Shown one piece after another: positions 1 to 10,846 of a stretch of 64,000 nt of DNA. Origin of the DNA: Pseudobacteriovorax sp. (lineage in GTDB: Bacteria > Bdellovibrionota_B > Oligoflexia > Oligoflexales > Oligoflexaceae); assembly GCA_050293845.1 (NCBI GenBank), contig JBNKNM010000008.1, positions 1 through 64,000 of the forward strand, given 5' to 3'. The first letter of the stretch is position 1. Each line of letters starts with the position of its first letter. The notes beneath the pieces were generated by a model. It did no database searches. It was not told the origin of the DNA and worked only from the letters and a program-made list of their open reading frames with translations. A program made the translations under genes and the position numbers.

Positions 1-77
1 ATGCTAATACGAAAATCTAAAACGCTCGGTGGATTAGTAACAAATTTTAAAATCGCAGCTTAAATCGCCATCACAGG

Positions 78-1718
78 GTGGTAAAACGAGACTGGCTTTC
101 CCTTGTTGTCGGTAATGGCTCGATCAACCGCGCCACTTATGAAATTGCGTTATTGGAGGCTTTGCGTAGTCGCCTACGGTGCAAAGAAATCTGGGTAACG
201 GGAAGCTTCAAGTATGGCAATCCAGACGAAGACCTTCCCCAAGATTTTGCAGCCAATAGATCTAAATATTTCGAGCGGCTAGGGGCAGAAAAAAGTAGCG
301 CAAGGTTCGTCAAAGATTTGGAAACAAAACTTAGATCATCTCTTGAAATGCTCAATGAGAATATAAAAACAAACTCAAAGGTGAAGATTCTTCAGAAAAA
401 AGGTGGTCGAATCTCACTGTCCCCAGCTAAGCCTCAGGAAGAGCCTCAAAATATCATTGCGATGAAAAAGGACTTAATGCAGCGATGGCCGATGACTGGC
501 CTTATTGATATGCTCAAAGAGACAGAGCTAAGAACCGAATTTTCCAAATATTTTTAGACGGTTGGGACCAGGGAGAACATTGAACCGAAGACCCTTCAAA
601 GAAGGCTAATGCTTACACTATTCGGCCTTGGGACCAATATGGGCTTGAAGAGGGTTTGCACGACAACCACCGGCGACAATCCCAACGACCTCAAGTATAT
701 CAAAAAGAAGTTTGTTACCAGAGACAACCTTAGAAATGCCATCGCAGCAATTGCTAACGCCACCTTAAAAGCCCGATCTAAGGAGATCTGGGAAGGAGCC
801 ACAACTTCCTGTGCATCGGACTCCAAAAAGTTTGGCTCTTGGGACCAGAACCTTTTGACGGAATGGCACATAAGGTATCGGGGCCGAGGTGCTATGATCT
901 ATTGGTATGTCGATAAGAAGTCTCTGTGCATTTATTCTCAGCTCAAGGCATGCTCGTCTTCCGAGGTAGCGGCTATGATACAGGGTCTCTTAAGCCACAA
1001 TACTGACGCTGATATCGATGCCAACTATGTTGATACCCACGGCCAGAGCGAGGTTGGCTTTGCTTTTTGTCACCTCCTTGGTTTTCAGCTAATGCCTAGG
1101 CTTAAAGCTATCCACAGCCAAAGACTTTCTTTGCCAAAGGCCGGCGAATTTGGACTGTATGCCAATCTTGAACCTATTTTGACAAAACCTATAAGATGGG
1201 ACCGCATCGAGAACCAATACGATGAAATGATCAAGTTTGCAGCGGCTCTCAAATTTGGTCATTCCGATGCAGAGACCATTTTAAAGAGGTTTACGAGAAA
1301 CAATCTCAAACACCCGACATACTTGGCTCTAAAAGAGCTGGGAAAAGCGCTGCGGACCATTTTCTTGTGTGAATATCTTGCTAACGAGAAGCTCCGTATG
1401 GAAATTCACGAAGGACTCAACGTGGTGGAAAATTGGAACGGCGCAAACAGTTTCGTCTTCTTCGGTAAAAATGGTGAAATTTCGACGAACAACCTTGCCG
1501 ACCAAGAAATATCGGTACTCGCTCTTCACCTTTTGCAGATCTCGATGGTGTACGTGAACACAATCATGATTCAGCAGGTCGTTAAGGAGAAAAGCTGGCT
1601 TGAGAGAATGACTTTGGAGGATAAAAGAGCAATATCACCACTCGTTCATGCCCACATCAACCCATATGGCTCATTCAACCTCGACATGGACGATAGGCTT
1701 GATCTAGATGTCGCATAG
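78..1718 (+). pseudogene. tnpA: Tn3-family transposase (TnpA), 5'-truncated with an internal nonsense codon
   Basis: ORFs 78-557 and 609-1718 are in the same frame, separated only by TAG at 555-557; the read-through is [17 protein letters not shown]. Tn3 DDE motifs: [50 protein letters not shown]. The frame is closed upstream of 78. Confidence 0.9.
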
Positions 1719-1775
1719 TAATGATCTATTTAACCCATATATTCAATGATTTAAGTGCTATTTTGGCGGTGAGGT

Positions 1776-1813
1776 GGATTCATACCATTACCCTCGTTCG
1801 CTGTCTCTACCCC
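1776..1813 (-). mobile_element. Possible Tn3-family terminal inverted repeat
   Basis: The minus strand reads GGGGTAGAGACAGCGAACGAGGG about 95 bp after the tnpA stop. It starts with GGGG and contains GAACGA, as Tn3 IRs do, but the spacing is atypical and the partner end is not in the window. Confidence 0.35.
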
Positions 1814-1847
1814 ATCGTGATCAAATTGAAACACCAGGAAAGACTCC

Positions 1848-2170
1848 TCATGAGCGCTTTATGGCGCTCGCTGGATAACTGCGTCCACTGAAGGCTATCG
1901 CTTTAGCTTGGTAAAACTTTGCGACGGAACCAATGATGGCCTGTTTCTCTTCAGGGGTAAGCCAAGTGTTTTTTGGGATCTGACCATTATGTTTGTTGTC
2001 TTTACCCTTGCGATCAATCCAGTCGTAGTAGCGATTGGAGCTGAGTTCCGCAAAGGCTAGAATGATTCGAACAGAAATCCCTGACAGCTCGTGTAGATTT
2101 TGCACACAGTCAACAATCTCATCTCTGAGCTCGCGAGGGACCTGTTTCTGTTTGGTCAGACCCCACCTAA
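1848..2170 (-). pseudogene. IS3-family OrfB N-terminal fragment
   Basis: In the -1 frame to orfA: VPRELRDEIVDCVQNLHELSG..SSNRYYDW..WLTPEEKQAII, after which similarity is lost. No integrase core. Confidence 0.75.
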
Positions 2171-2473
2171 CTTTTTTTCAAGGATTAACTCTTCCATTAA
2201 TGAACCGATTACGGCGTCCTTACGAGCCAACTTTGATTGTAGTTCTTCGACTTTTTTGTTGATCTTGCCAACAGCAGTTTCGCCATTCATTCGACAATTC
2301 TTGCGATCAAAAGCACGCTCTCCGTTATCAAAGAACTGCTTTTCCCAATTGTAGATCTGACTGGGTTTGATGCTGTGCATTTCCGCAAGCTGGGCGATGC
2401 TTTTTTCACCTTTAAGATAGGATCTAAGAATCTGAATTTTTAGACTGTTTGCAATGTTCTTGCGCATTGACAT
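2156..2473 (-). CDS. IS3-family transposase OrfA (HTH_Tnp_1)
   Basis: KIQILRSYLKGEKSIAQLAEMHSIKPSQIYNWEKQF HTH followed by a coiled-coil; GGAGG RBS. Confidence 0.85.
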   Translation of the reverse strand: MSMRKNIANSLKIQILRSYLKGEKSIAQLAEMHSIKPSQIYNWEKQFFDNGERAFDRKNCRMNGETAVGKINKKVEELQSKLARKDAVIGSLMEELILEKKLGGV

Positions 2474-2977
2474 ATTGCACCTCCGATATTCATGAAAGTT
2501 ATCGGAGAGTTGTTAGGTTTCTTTAGGAGCACTACAGTAGGATACTTGCGTCTAAATTGTTCAGTTTCAAAAAAATGATCGCTGTTTTTTAGGAACTGAG
2601 AAGTACGCTTCTTTTTGTCTTTAATTCAAGAACGAAAATTGACAGAACCTGAACTACAGCTTCTACCTGATTGTTGTAATGGGGCTTATCATAGGAAGGG
2701 ACTGCCGATTTAAATATTTCCCAAACCATCCGAAAATATCTTAAGGAAATCATTAGCCATAGAATCAGCCTTCTCAAAACGTCCTAGGCTATTATATCAA
2801 GCTCTGGAATAGCTCGTATCCTACTGTAATTATGTATTTACTAGCCTATGGTTTAAAGATCGTTGAAAACGAGAATTCTCATATAAATGAATAAATTTTT
2901 TTGATTAAATTAATTTGAGATTAGCAAATGAGGAGATTATCATTTCATTAATATACTCTAACAAAAGGAGGTACTCT

Positions 2978-3367
2978 ATGGGAAATCCAGTAGGCTGGTT
3001 TGAAATTTATTCTAGTGATATAGACCGAGCGAAAAAATTTTATGAGGGTGTATTCGAAATCACTTTAAGTCCTCTAACCAACCCAGGAATTGAAGCATCC
3101 GATGGCCTACAGATGTGGTCTTTTCCTGAAGGCGATATGAATTCATATGGTGCAACTGGCGCTATTTGTATTATGCCTGGGATCGAACCTGGTGGAACCG
3201 GTACTATAGTCTATTTTTCATGTGAAGACTGTTCCATTGAAGAGAAGCGTGTGGAAAAGTTCGGAGGAAAATTACTAAAGCCTAAGGAGAGTATAGGCCA
3301 ACATGGCTTCATCACCATTGCAAAAGATACAGAGGGGAATATGATTGGACTCCACTCAATGAAATAA
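2978..3367 (+). CDS. VOC/glyoxalase family protein
   Basis: NPVGWFEI..DIDRAKKFYEGVF..IVYF..GG.....KESIGQHGF..DTEGNMIGLHS; AGGAGG RBS before ATG 2978. Confidence 0.9.
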   Translation: MGNPVGWFEIYSSDIDRAKKFYEGVFEITLSPLTNPGIEASDGLQMWSFPEGDMNSYGATGAICIMPGIEPGGTGTIVYFSCEDCSIEEKRVEKFGGKLLKPKESIGQHGFITIAKDTEGNMIGLHSMK

Positions 3368-3524
3368 AGCTCCATTTCCTATCCCCACTCAGCTGCTAAT
3401 GCGGCTAAAGTGGGACCTCAAAACCGCTTAAGTCCTAAACATTCTACCGAAAATTAATTGAACTCATAGTAGCTTAAATTCATTAAAATTCAAGCTCCAG
3501 CCAACTATACCTAACTTTTTTAAA

Positions 3525-3815
3525 CTACCGGCGACTTTTTCCACAATTCCAACACTCTGAAAACTGAGGCTCTAAAACTTCGCCACAGGTACATGTCCAG
3601 ACAGCTCCTATGGAAGAGTGGTGAATAATCTTTTTTGCTTCGTCAAAATCCTCTTCATGCACATAAATCGTAGGAAAGTTAGCCACTATGGGCACCTCGC
3701 CCCCAAGTCCTTGGCTAGCAAAATTCTTTATGGAATTTTCTATTCCATGGTTATTTAGTACATCGGAAATAATCTTAGCATCTTGTAGGTTCGCAGCTAT
3801 ATAAAGCTTTTTCAT
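3525..3815 (-). CDS. DUF2007-like signal-transducing protein with C-terminal RanBP2-type zinc finger
   Basis: KKLY.A.N..DA.II..VL...GI; C-terminal WTC.CGE..EPQF..CWNCG. Confidence 0.8.
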   Translation of the reverse strand: MKKLYIAANLQDAKIISDVLNNHGIENSIKNFASQGLGGEVPIVANFPTIYVHEEDFDEAKKIIHHSSIGAVWTCTCGEVLEPQFSECWNCGKSRR

Positions 3816-4105
3816 CCAGTCCTCTGCCGTCAAAATTTCGCATTTTATGGCTTACCTCCCATTCTAGCCTGATAGAAGCTATTAATATAGCGATATTACA
3901 AAGGGAGATGGACTTTATTGACAAAGTCAATTCATCCCCAAAGGCTCAACTCAAGCTATCAAGATTTTAGTCCTCACTAAAACCGGGGCGCAGGCAATCG
4001 TGAATAGCTATTTGCTATTTCTGTAGTAAAATGTCACAAACAGTGCTCTGCTAGCAAGTAAACAAAGTATCACAGCAGCCTAATTGGCGACAAAAACATG
4101 GAGGA

Positions 4106-5005
4106 TTGATGCTTCGATTTCTGACTAAAGAACCTTTGCGTGGTGCAGCTATCCTAAGTGGGATAGTCTCATTAGTTAAAATCATAGCTTACATCCACTC
4201 AGGATCGCTCATTGTCCTTTGGTCCCTGCTCGATTCCATTGGAGATTCAGTGATATCCTTGATTAATTTTCGTGTGGAAAAGCTTTCCAATAGCGACCCA
4301 GACTCTCAGCATCCATTTGGGCACGGTGGTTTCGAAGTAGTCAGTGGACTGATACAGGCAGTTGTGATCACAGCTTCAGCAAGCTTTGTAGCCATTAGTG
4401 CCATCGAAAGAGTATGGGGTTCACACTCTTCACCCCATAACTTGGAAGAAGCCATTGTTGTTATGATAGCAGCGGCTCTGGTAGGTCTTGGTATTGGCTT
4501 ATTCCTCTCGCGAGGTCAGCAAAGCCTTGCTACAGAAACCGACAAGGCCCATTATTTAGCAGACTTCTGGGTTAATCTTCTAAGCGCTATCGGCCTTGCC
4601 ATTGTTTTCTTCACGGGTTTTGACTTGATTGATGCTTTATTTGCCATAGCTGCAGCTTTACTAGCAGTAAAGCAAGTGTTTCCAATTTACCGCATAGCTT
4701 ATGAAAGTATTGTCCAGAAAGAGCTAAGTGTGGAAATACAACAAACCATTGTCGATAAAGCCTTGTCCACTCACCCCCTTGTGAAGGGGATTCATAGGCT
4801 GCGCAGTCGACGACATGGTTCAGCAGCCTATGTTGACTTCCACCTTGTATTACCCAATGATATCGAACTTAAAGAAGCCCACTCTGTTTGCGACAAAGTT
4901 GAACAAAGTATTAAAGATATCTATCAAGATATGGATATTCTGATTCACATTGATCCCGAGGGACATCCCCGCGAGTCAGATTGGGTTCCTTCCTACCAGG
5001 AGTAA
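4106..5005 (+). CDS. Cation diffusion facilitator (FieF-like) transporter
   Basis: DSIGD, HPFGHG, HYLAD, and a cytoplasmic dimerisation domain (HRLRSR..G...YVDFHL..AH..LIHIDP). Confidence 0.9.
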   Translation: MMLRFLTKEPLRGAAILSGIVSLVKIIAYIHSGSLIVLWSLLDSIGDSVISLINFRVEKLSNSDPDSQHPFGHGGFEVVSGLIQAVVITASASFVAISAIERVWGSHSSPHNLEEAIVVMIAAALVGLGIGLFLSRGQQSLATETDKAHYLADFWVNLLSAIGLAIVFFTGFDLIDALFAIAAALLAVKQVFPIYRIAYESIVQKELSVEIQQTIVDKALSTHPLVKGIHRLRSRRHGSAAYVDFHLVLPNDIELKEAHSVCDKVEQSIKDIYQDMDILIHIDPEGHPRESDWVPSYQE

Positions 5006-5040
5006 ACTTGAGACAGAGGCGAAGTCTCGCCTCTATGATT

Positions 5041-7557
5041 TTAAAAGTAATAACTCAAACGAGAGTAATAGTAACCACCATTAAATCCGAGGGGGGATGT
5101 TTCAGGATACTTAGCACCTGCAACCCCTTGGTAGTCATGCTCATCAGGATACTCGTTCAAAAGGTTTTGGGCTCCAATGGCAAGGGCTAGCCCCATAGCC
5201 GTTTTGTAGGAAAACTCCACATCAACCGTGTATTCATCGCCAGCCTCTATAGGAAGTTCACCGGAGTCAAGATGGGCTTCATAGAAACCGCTGAAATAGT
5301 TGAGTCGTAAAAGCGACCGCCAATCTCCATTGTAGTGGATCATCCCTAAGTTACTTCGATACTCGGGAAGTGCATCCTCTAGTTGACGAATCCTTGTATC
5401 ATCGAGAATATCCTCATCATAAGAAACCACTTTAGTATCGGTCCAGTTGGCAGCTAGATTGAAAGCAGTACTCCCGCCAAACATAGCGACAGGGTAATTT
5501 ACTACTAAATCAATTCCTTGGGTTTGCGTATCAAAGTCATTGGTGTAAAAGCGAAACGAATTCAAATTGCTGGCACCAGCAACCCCCTGGCTTTCCAAAT
5601 CAGTGGCTTCTTCTGGACTTAGCTCTTTTGAAGCTGATTGGGCTATGCGATCTTTTACATCAATACGGAAATAGTCGATGGATGAAAAGAGCTTACCAAA
5701 GGTAAACACACTTCCAACGGAAAGGTTTACTGAAGTTTCAGGTTTCAATTCCTTGCCACCTTTTAATAAAGCAATGGGGTTAGTGGGTGGAATAGTTCCT
5801 CGATTGACTAACTTTCCATTTTCTAGAACAGTTGTAATATTTGTCACATTTGCCTGTCCAGGAGTAGGAGCCCGAAACCCGGTACTAACGGTTGACCTTA
5901 CCGCAACTTGATTGGTAAAAGCATAGCGTAGGGATGCTTTAGAGTTTGTTGTAGAACCAAAATCCTCGAACTCCTCAGCCCTTCCGGCTAAACCAACATT
6001 CAGCTTATCCGTAACGGATGCCTCCATATCCAGGTAAGCAGCGGCATTTTTACGCGAAAACTGACCTTCAATGTCAGGGCTTATTCCAGGAAATCCGTTT
6101 GAACCAATGCTGAATCCTTGTGATGCATATAGCCCCGCAGCATAGGATTCGTAGTTACCCGCTAAAATTTCAAAAGATTCCGTACGCTGCTCAAATCCAA
6201 AAGCAATATTAACATCAGAAGCAAGCCCGATGGATACCGGCAGACTCAGATCGAGGTTCACCTGCTGCTCTCTTTGAGAATAACCGCCGGGTTCAAACTC
6301 TGTTGGTGTATTGGGGCCCAAGGAGGCATTGACAGTATTTTTCATAAAAAATCTTAAGGTATTAACCCCTAAACTCGTACTTAAATCGTAGTTGAGGTTT
6401 CCCATATTCCCTCGCAGTCCTGTCACCCCAGAGGAATCCCAAACGTTGCCACCAAAACGTGGGGTAAAGCCACCTGGAAACATTTCATTAAAAGTGAAGC
6501 ATTCGGCTCCCAAAGCAGTTGAATTATCAGACACACTATTGAGGCTAGTTGCATCTCCTACAGCAATAGTAGGACATGTTATCTGGTTGTTAGGGTTAGC
6601 ATCCGCAACAAGTAAAGTTTCTCCAGAGTCATTGGAATATACGCCATCCCGAGTTTGCGGATTGCGGAAATAGAAACCTCCTTCAACCTCCCTTTGGGCG
6701 TAGTTACCAAAAGCATAAAGCTGTGTATTCGCATCTAAATTGAAACCCATATTCAAAAATAGTTTGGTATCCTCTTTTACTTCCGGCTGTCCCCAGATTT
6801 GGGCAGGATCAGCCACAAAGGTATTGCCATTAGCAATGAGGCCAGCTGCATCGTCGCGCTGCACGCTTCTGTCCGTCGCTTCAGCCTGCCGAAACTCAAA
6901 ACTGAAATTTGCAAATCCATTTTCAAGTATAGGTACACCGAAATTGCCAGAATACTGAATAGAATCCCCATCACCCTCATAGTAGCTACCATACTTGGCA
7001 GCCACAACACCACCTTCGTCACTATCCTTCAATCGAAAATTAATCACACCTGCAATAGCGTCAGAACCATATTGAGCGGCAGCCCCATCCCGAAGCACCT
7101 CGACACTTTCTAGTGCAATGGCAGGAATCACTGAAATATCTGGCCCTTGCGCTCCATCAGATATTCCCTGGCCTAAAAAATTGATCACAGCAGCCCGATG
7201 CCGGCGCTTACCATTTACTAAAACTAGGGTCGAGTCTGGGGGCAGCCCCCGCAGGTTGATAGGTCGTACTAAGGTTGAAGCATCGCTAATAGGTTGCGGA
7301 TTGGCACTGAAAGAAGGAACTGTGTTACGGAGCAAATTAGCGAGATCACCATCTCCCTGATTCACTAAATCGTCACCCAAAAGATAATCTATAGGTGCCG
7401 ATGATTCTTCTACCGATCTTCCTTGACTCCTACTGCCTGTAACGACAACCTTTTCAACGGAAGATCCTTCTTCTGTTTGCCCGTAAACAGGGGCCATAGA
7501 TCCAGCCGCTGTCAATAACATTGCTATTTCAATAGCATAACAAGACTTTTTTCCCAT
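5041..7557 (-). CDS. TonB-dependent receptor
   Basis: Signal peptide, EKVVVTGSR, plug motifs (LRGL..TLVLVNGKR, VEVLRDGAAAQYGSDAIAGVINF), C-terminal YYF. Confidence 0.95.
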   Translation of the reverse strand: MGKKSCYAIEIAMLLTAAGSMAPVYGQTEEGSSVEKVVVTGSRSQGRSVEESSAPIDYLLGDDLVNQGDGDLANLLRNTVPSFSANPQPISDASTLVRPINLRGLPPDSTLVLVNGKRRHRAAVINFLGQGISDGAQGPDISVIPAIALESVEVLRDGAAAQYGSDAIAGVINFRLKDSDEGGVVAAKYGSYYEGDGDSIQYSGNFGVPILENGFANFSFEFRQAEATDRSVQRDDAAGLIANGNTFVADPAQIWGQPEVKEDTKLFLNMGFNLDANTQLYAFGNYAQREVEGGFYFRNPQTRDGVYSNDSGETLLVADANPNNQITCPTIAVGDATSLNSVSDNSTALGAECFTFNEMFPGGFTPRFGGNVWDSSGVTGLRGNMGNLNYDLSTSLGVNTLRFFMKNTVNASLGPNTPTEFEPGGYSQREQQVNLDLSLPVSIGLASDVNIAFGFEQRTESFEILAGNYESYAAGLYASQGFSIGSNGFPGISPDIEGQFSRKNAAAYLDMEASVTDKLNVGLAGRAEEFEDFGSTTNSKASLRYAFTNQVAVRSTVSTGFRAPTPGQANVTNITTVLENGKLVNRGTIPPTNPIALLKGGKELKPETSVNLSVGSVFTFGKLFSSIDYFRIDVKDRIAQSASKELSPEEATDLESQGVAGASNLNSFRFYTNDFDTQTQGIDLVVNYPVAMFGGSTAFNLAANWTDTKVVSYDEDILDDTRIRQLEDALPEYRSNLGMIHYNGDWRSLLRLNYFSGFYEAHLDSGELPIEAGDEYTVDVEFSYKTAMGLALAIGAQNLLNEYPDEHDYQGVAGAKYPETSPLGFNGGYYYSRLSYYF

Positions 7558-7801
7558 GATGGTTGAATCTCCGGTAATTAAGTTTTTTTCCTTTTAGCAT
7601 ATCCGGAGAATCTATAAAACTAATTCAACAAAAATGTGAATCATTTGGCGAACAGCAGTAAACCAGGATGTGAAATGCGCACCTCTAGGACATAAAGTCT
7701 TAATAAAAATATGCATACTAATTCGTATTTAAAATTCACAAGCTGTGAATCACCTGTGGATAGTAAATGCAACAGAACCTATATAGTGATCTCTGACCTG
7801 A

Positions 7802-8812
7802 TTAGACCATTTTTATTCTCTTTTGAGGAATATAGTGTCCTTCTTTTTTAAGAAATTGAATTAACTTCTCCCTCACCAGACAGCGCAAATCCCAGCATTT
7901 TGGAGAGTTTGCAGCACTCACGAGCACTCTGATTGTAACATAACTTTCATCAGCCTCTGTGACTTGTATCACTTTAACCTTACCATTCCATAAATCTGTT
8001 TCTGCCAAAGTTCTATCGAGTTCTTCTCGAATAGAGTCTATATCAGCTTGGTAGTCCACCCTAATATTGACGGTACCAATAATTTCTGCTGTCGTGCGAG
8101 TCCAGTTTTGAAAAGGTTTATCTGTAAAGTACGAAATGGGAACGACAAGCCTTCTTAAATCCCAGATTTTAATAACTACATAGGTCAAAGTAATTTCTTC
8201 AATCCAACCCCATTCATTTTCCACAACAACCGCATCATCGATTCGAATTGGTTGTGTGAAAGCGATTTGAAATCCAGAAATTAAATTACTAAGATACTTT
8301 TGCGATGCCAAACCGATGATTACAGAAACAACTCCAGCCGAAGTTAATAAACTAACTCCAAATTGATACCAGTCATCAAACGTAAAAAGTATGGCAATTA
8401 GGGCGAAAAAGCCGATTGTAATATCGAATATTCTTTCAATATAAAGAAGCTGTGTGTGTATTTTTCTTGATCGTAAGTTATCTTCCTTACGAAGGTCAAA
8501 CTTGAGATAGATTTTTTGAAAAATGATTTGACACAAAGACAAAGCAAGAAAACACAAACCAAAAATCATACTAAGTCGCAAACAAAGAGCCCAATTTAAT
8601 ACTTTTTCCAATTTGCTTTGTAGAGTAAAATGCAAAATACTCGACAGAATGATCAAGCTAGATCCTAGCAACCCTCTGAAAATGGGAAAATCTTGCTTTA
8701 CGATGCGATGTTTTTTTAATAACTTTCTGATGAACAAATGAGCACCATAATTCAAGGACAATAAGACACAAATAGCTATTATAATTATTAATATTCGTGG
8801 CAATGTATTCAC
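7802..8812 (-). CDS. MscS-family mechanosensitive channel
   Basis: SLLTSAGV..IIGLASQ.YLSNLISG.QIAFTQPIRIDD.V.VENEWG.IEEITLTYVV. Confidence 0.92.
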   Translation of the reverse strand: MNTLPRILIIIIAICVLLSLNYGAHLFIRKLLKKHRIVKQDFPIFRGLLGSSLIILSSILHFTLQSKLEKVLNWALCLRLSMIFGLCFLALSLCQIIFQKIYLKFDLRKEDNLRSRKIHTQLLYIERIFDITIGFFALIAILFTFDDWYQFGVSLLTSAGVVSVIIGLASQKYLSNLISGFQIAFTQPIRIDDAVVVENEWGWIEEITLTYVVIKIWDLRRLVVPISYFTDKPFQNWTRTTAEIIGTVNIRVDYQADIDSIREELDRTLAETDLWNGKVKVIQVTEADESYVTIRVLVSAANSPKCWDLRCLVREKLIQFLKKEGHYIPQKRIKMV

Positions 8813-8917
8813 CTAAAAGCTCCGAAAATAAAAATTAATCCTACTAGTTTTGCCGTCGACCTGCTTGAAATAATGACGTATCAATTTAGTCATGTTCGTG
8901 GATAGCCTCTGCATTTC

Positions 8918-10846
8918 CTACTCCAATTTTTCGAGATGAGAGACCGGCTTCAACTCATCCAACTCCTGGGATTGGACTAATTCTACTTGGTAGGTTTGTA
9001 ACCAACTTAACAGTTCTGGTATATTTCTATTCTTATAAGCAAGGGCATAAAAAAAGGTATTTTTAGCAATTTCCATCCCATCAAAAACCGGTACGAAAAA
9101 ACCGTTCCGCTTAGCCGACAAAAACAATATAGACTGATCCCCGTGGGGTCCTCCTGCTAGGGCTTCCCTTTTAATTTCAAAACGCTCCTCCCCTTGATAC
9201 TGGAGACTCCAAAGTGAAACTTCCTCCTGAGACAATCGATGAAGCCATAAGTTAAAATCGATACGCCCCCCGAAAAGAGTCCGGGATTCCATGGACTTTA
9301 CGATTTTTTCATCCAACTGGGAGTTTTTTTGAGCGGCTATAATAACCCAATGATTGTGATCAAGTTCCTTGAGTTTTTTCAGCACCATAATATTGAGATC
9401 GTTGTTTGGTGTAACCGCAACGATAGATCTCCGCAAGTTGATCCCCGCCCGCATAAGAACAGATTCATCTAACGCACTTCCGTAGATGACACGAAACCCT
9501 TCTTTCATGGCCGCAGCGCAACTCGTATTACTAGAATCAAGAAGTACCACCTCTTCTTGATTTAAGCTTAGAGTACGGGCTAACACTCGTGCAAGCTCAT
9601 TGGCACCGATCAGTACATACCCCCAGTTGCTCTTACGTCGTAGTCTTAGCAATGTGGCAAGGGGGCCTGCAGTAAACCCTTGCAGGATGACAGTAGAAGC
9701 TATGACCAAAAATACCAAGGCCCGCATTTCGCTTCCCCCATCTATCCCTGCCTCCTTTAGATCAAAGGCAAAAAGTGAGGCAACCGCTGCAGCTACGATT
9801 CCTCGCGGAGCTAGCCAGCTCATAAAAATTTTTTCTTTCCAGGTTAGGTTCGTCCCTCGAGCACAATAAAGAACATTCAACGGTCGTACTACTAAGATTA
9901 AACTCACCACCACCAAGACTCCTGGCATCCCTAGCTGCATCACATTCACAAGTTTGATATCTGCTGCTAGTAGCACGAACAAAAAGCCGATGAGCATGAC
10001 AGTCAACTGTTCTTTAAAATGAATGATTCTATGCTCACCAGTCAGATTCATATTTCCAACAATCACTCCTGCTACGGTAACCGCCATAATTCCACTTTCA
10101 TGAATGATTTGATTACTGATTTCAAATAAAAAAATCACAATGGCAAGGGTGAAGATATTTTCAAGCTCACGGGGCACAAGTTTTTCATTTTTTAAGGAAA
10201 ATCCAATAAAAAAGCCTCCCGTTACTCCCATCGCAAAACCAAACGATAAGGCCGAAAGGAGGTAAATCACCGTATCCATCAGGGCATCTCCGGCTTGGGC
10301 GCTGATAACAAAGCCAAGGACTGCAACGGCAATAATGGCTCCTACAGGATCAATCAAAACCCCTTCTGCCTCCAGAATTGTATCGATACGCCGGTTGACT
10401 TTAATACGCCTTAAAAGTGGAGTCACAACGGTAGGACCTGTTACGATAACTAAAGTTCCGAAAAGTATCGCCAGCTCTCGAGGCCACTCCATGACCCAGA
10501 AAGTTATTAGGCTTGCTAGAACCGCAGTTAAAATAGCCCCTGAACTTATCAAGCGTTGGATCACCTTAGCCTGTCGCTTCAGACGCTTTTTCTCCAATTG
10601 GAGGCCGCCCTCAAACAAAATGATCGCTACGGCGAAACCTACAATTGTGGGAAGCATCAGCCCTAAGCGGGACGGGTCGATGAAATGCAAACCCTCGGGG
10701 CCAATGCCAACACCGATCATGAGGAGAACAACGATGGCCGGCACCCTAAGGTGACGCGCAACAGCTTGACCCATTATACCTGCTGTGAGAGCTACAACTA
10801 CTGTAAAGGCACCCGAATTTCCCATACCACCTTTCCCTTTAGTCAT
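8918..10846 (-). CDS. Cation:proton antiporter (CPA1, NhaP-like) with TrkA-N/RCK domain
   Basis: ILFEGGL, VTGPTVV, EGVLIDPVGA, APRGIVAAAVAS; C-terminal Rossmann LIGANELAR. Confidence 0.9.
   Translation of the reverse strand: MTKGKGGMGNSGAFTVVVALTAGIMGQAVARHLRVPAIVVLLMIGVGIGPEGLHFIDPSRLGLMLPTIVGFAVAIILFEGGLQLEKKRLKRQAKVIQRLISSGAILTAVLASLITFWVMEWPRELAILFGTLVIVTGPTVVTPLLRRIKVNRRIDTILEAEGVLIDPVGAIIAVAVLGFVISAQAGDALMDTVIYLLSALSFGFAMGVTGGFFIGFSLKNEKLVPRELENIFTLAIVIFLFEISNQIIHESGIMAVTVAGVIVGNMNLTGEHRIIHFKEQLTVMLIGFLFVLLAADIKLVNVMQLGMPGVLVVVSLILVVRPLNVLYCARGTNLTWKEKIFMSWLAPRGIVAAAVASLFAFDLKEAGIDGGSEMRALVFLVIASTVILQGFTAGPLATLLRLRRKSNWGYVLIGANELARVLARTLSLNQEEVVLLDSSNTSCAAAMKEGFRVIYGSALDESVLMRAGINLRRSIVAVTPNNDLNIMVLKKLKELDHNHWVIIAAQKNSQLDEKIVKSMESRTLFGGRIDFNLWLHRLSQEEVSLWSLQYQGEERFEIKREALAGGPHGDQSILFLSAKRNGFFVPVFDGMEIAKNTFFYALAYKNRNIPELLSWLQTYQVELVQSQELDELKPVSHLEKLE

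Larger units (their letters stand above)
1848..2536 (-). mobile_element. Truncated IS3-family insertion sequence (left end, orfA, start of orfB)
   Basis: Candidate IRL beginning TG (TGTAGTGCTCCTAAAGAAACC from 2536), an HTH orfA, an A_AAA_AAG slippery site and a -1-frame orfB that breaks off before the DDE domain. Confidence 0.8.

Noticed and set aside
555..557. Pyrrolysine or programmed read-through of the TAG in tnpA
   Set aside because: The gene is also 5'-truncated and there is no recoding evidence; a nonsense mutation is the simpler explanation.
3975..4100. NiCo (czcD) riboswitch upstream of the CDF gene
   Set aside because: Only GCAGGCAAT resembles it; the other conserved junction motifs are absent.
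7558..7800. Cobalamin riboswitch before the TonB-dependent receptor
   Set aside because: No B12-box or GGGAA motifs seen.
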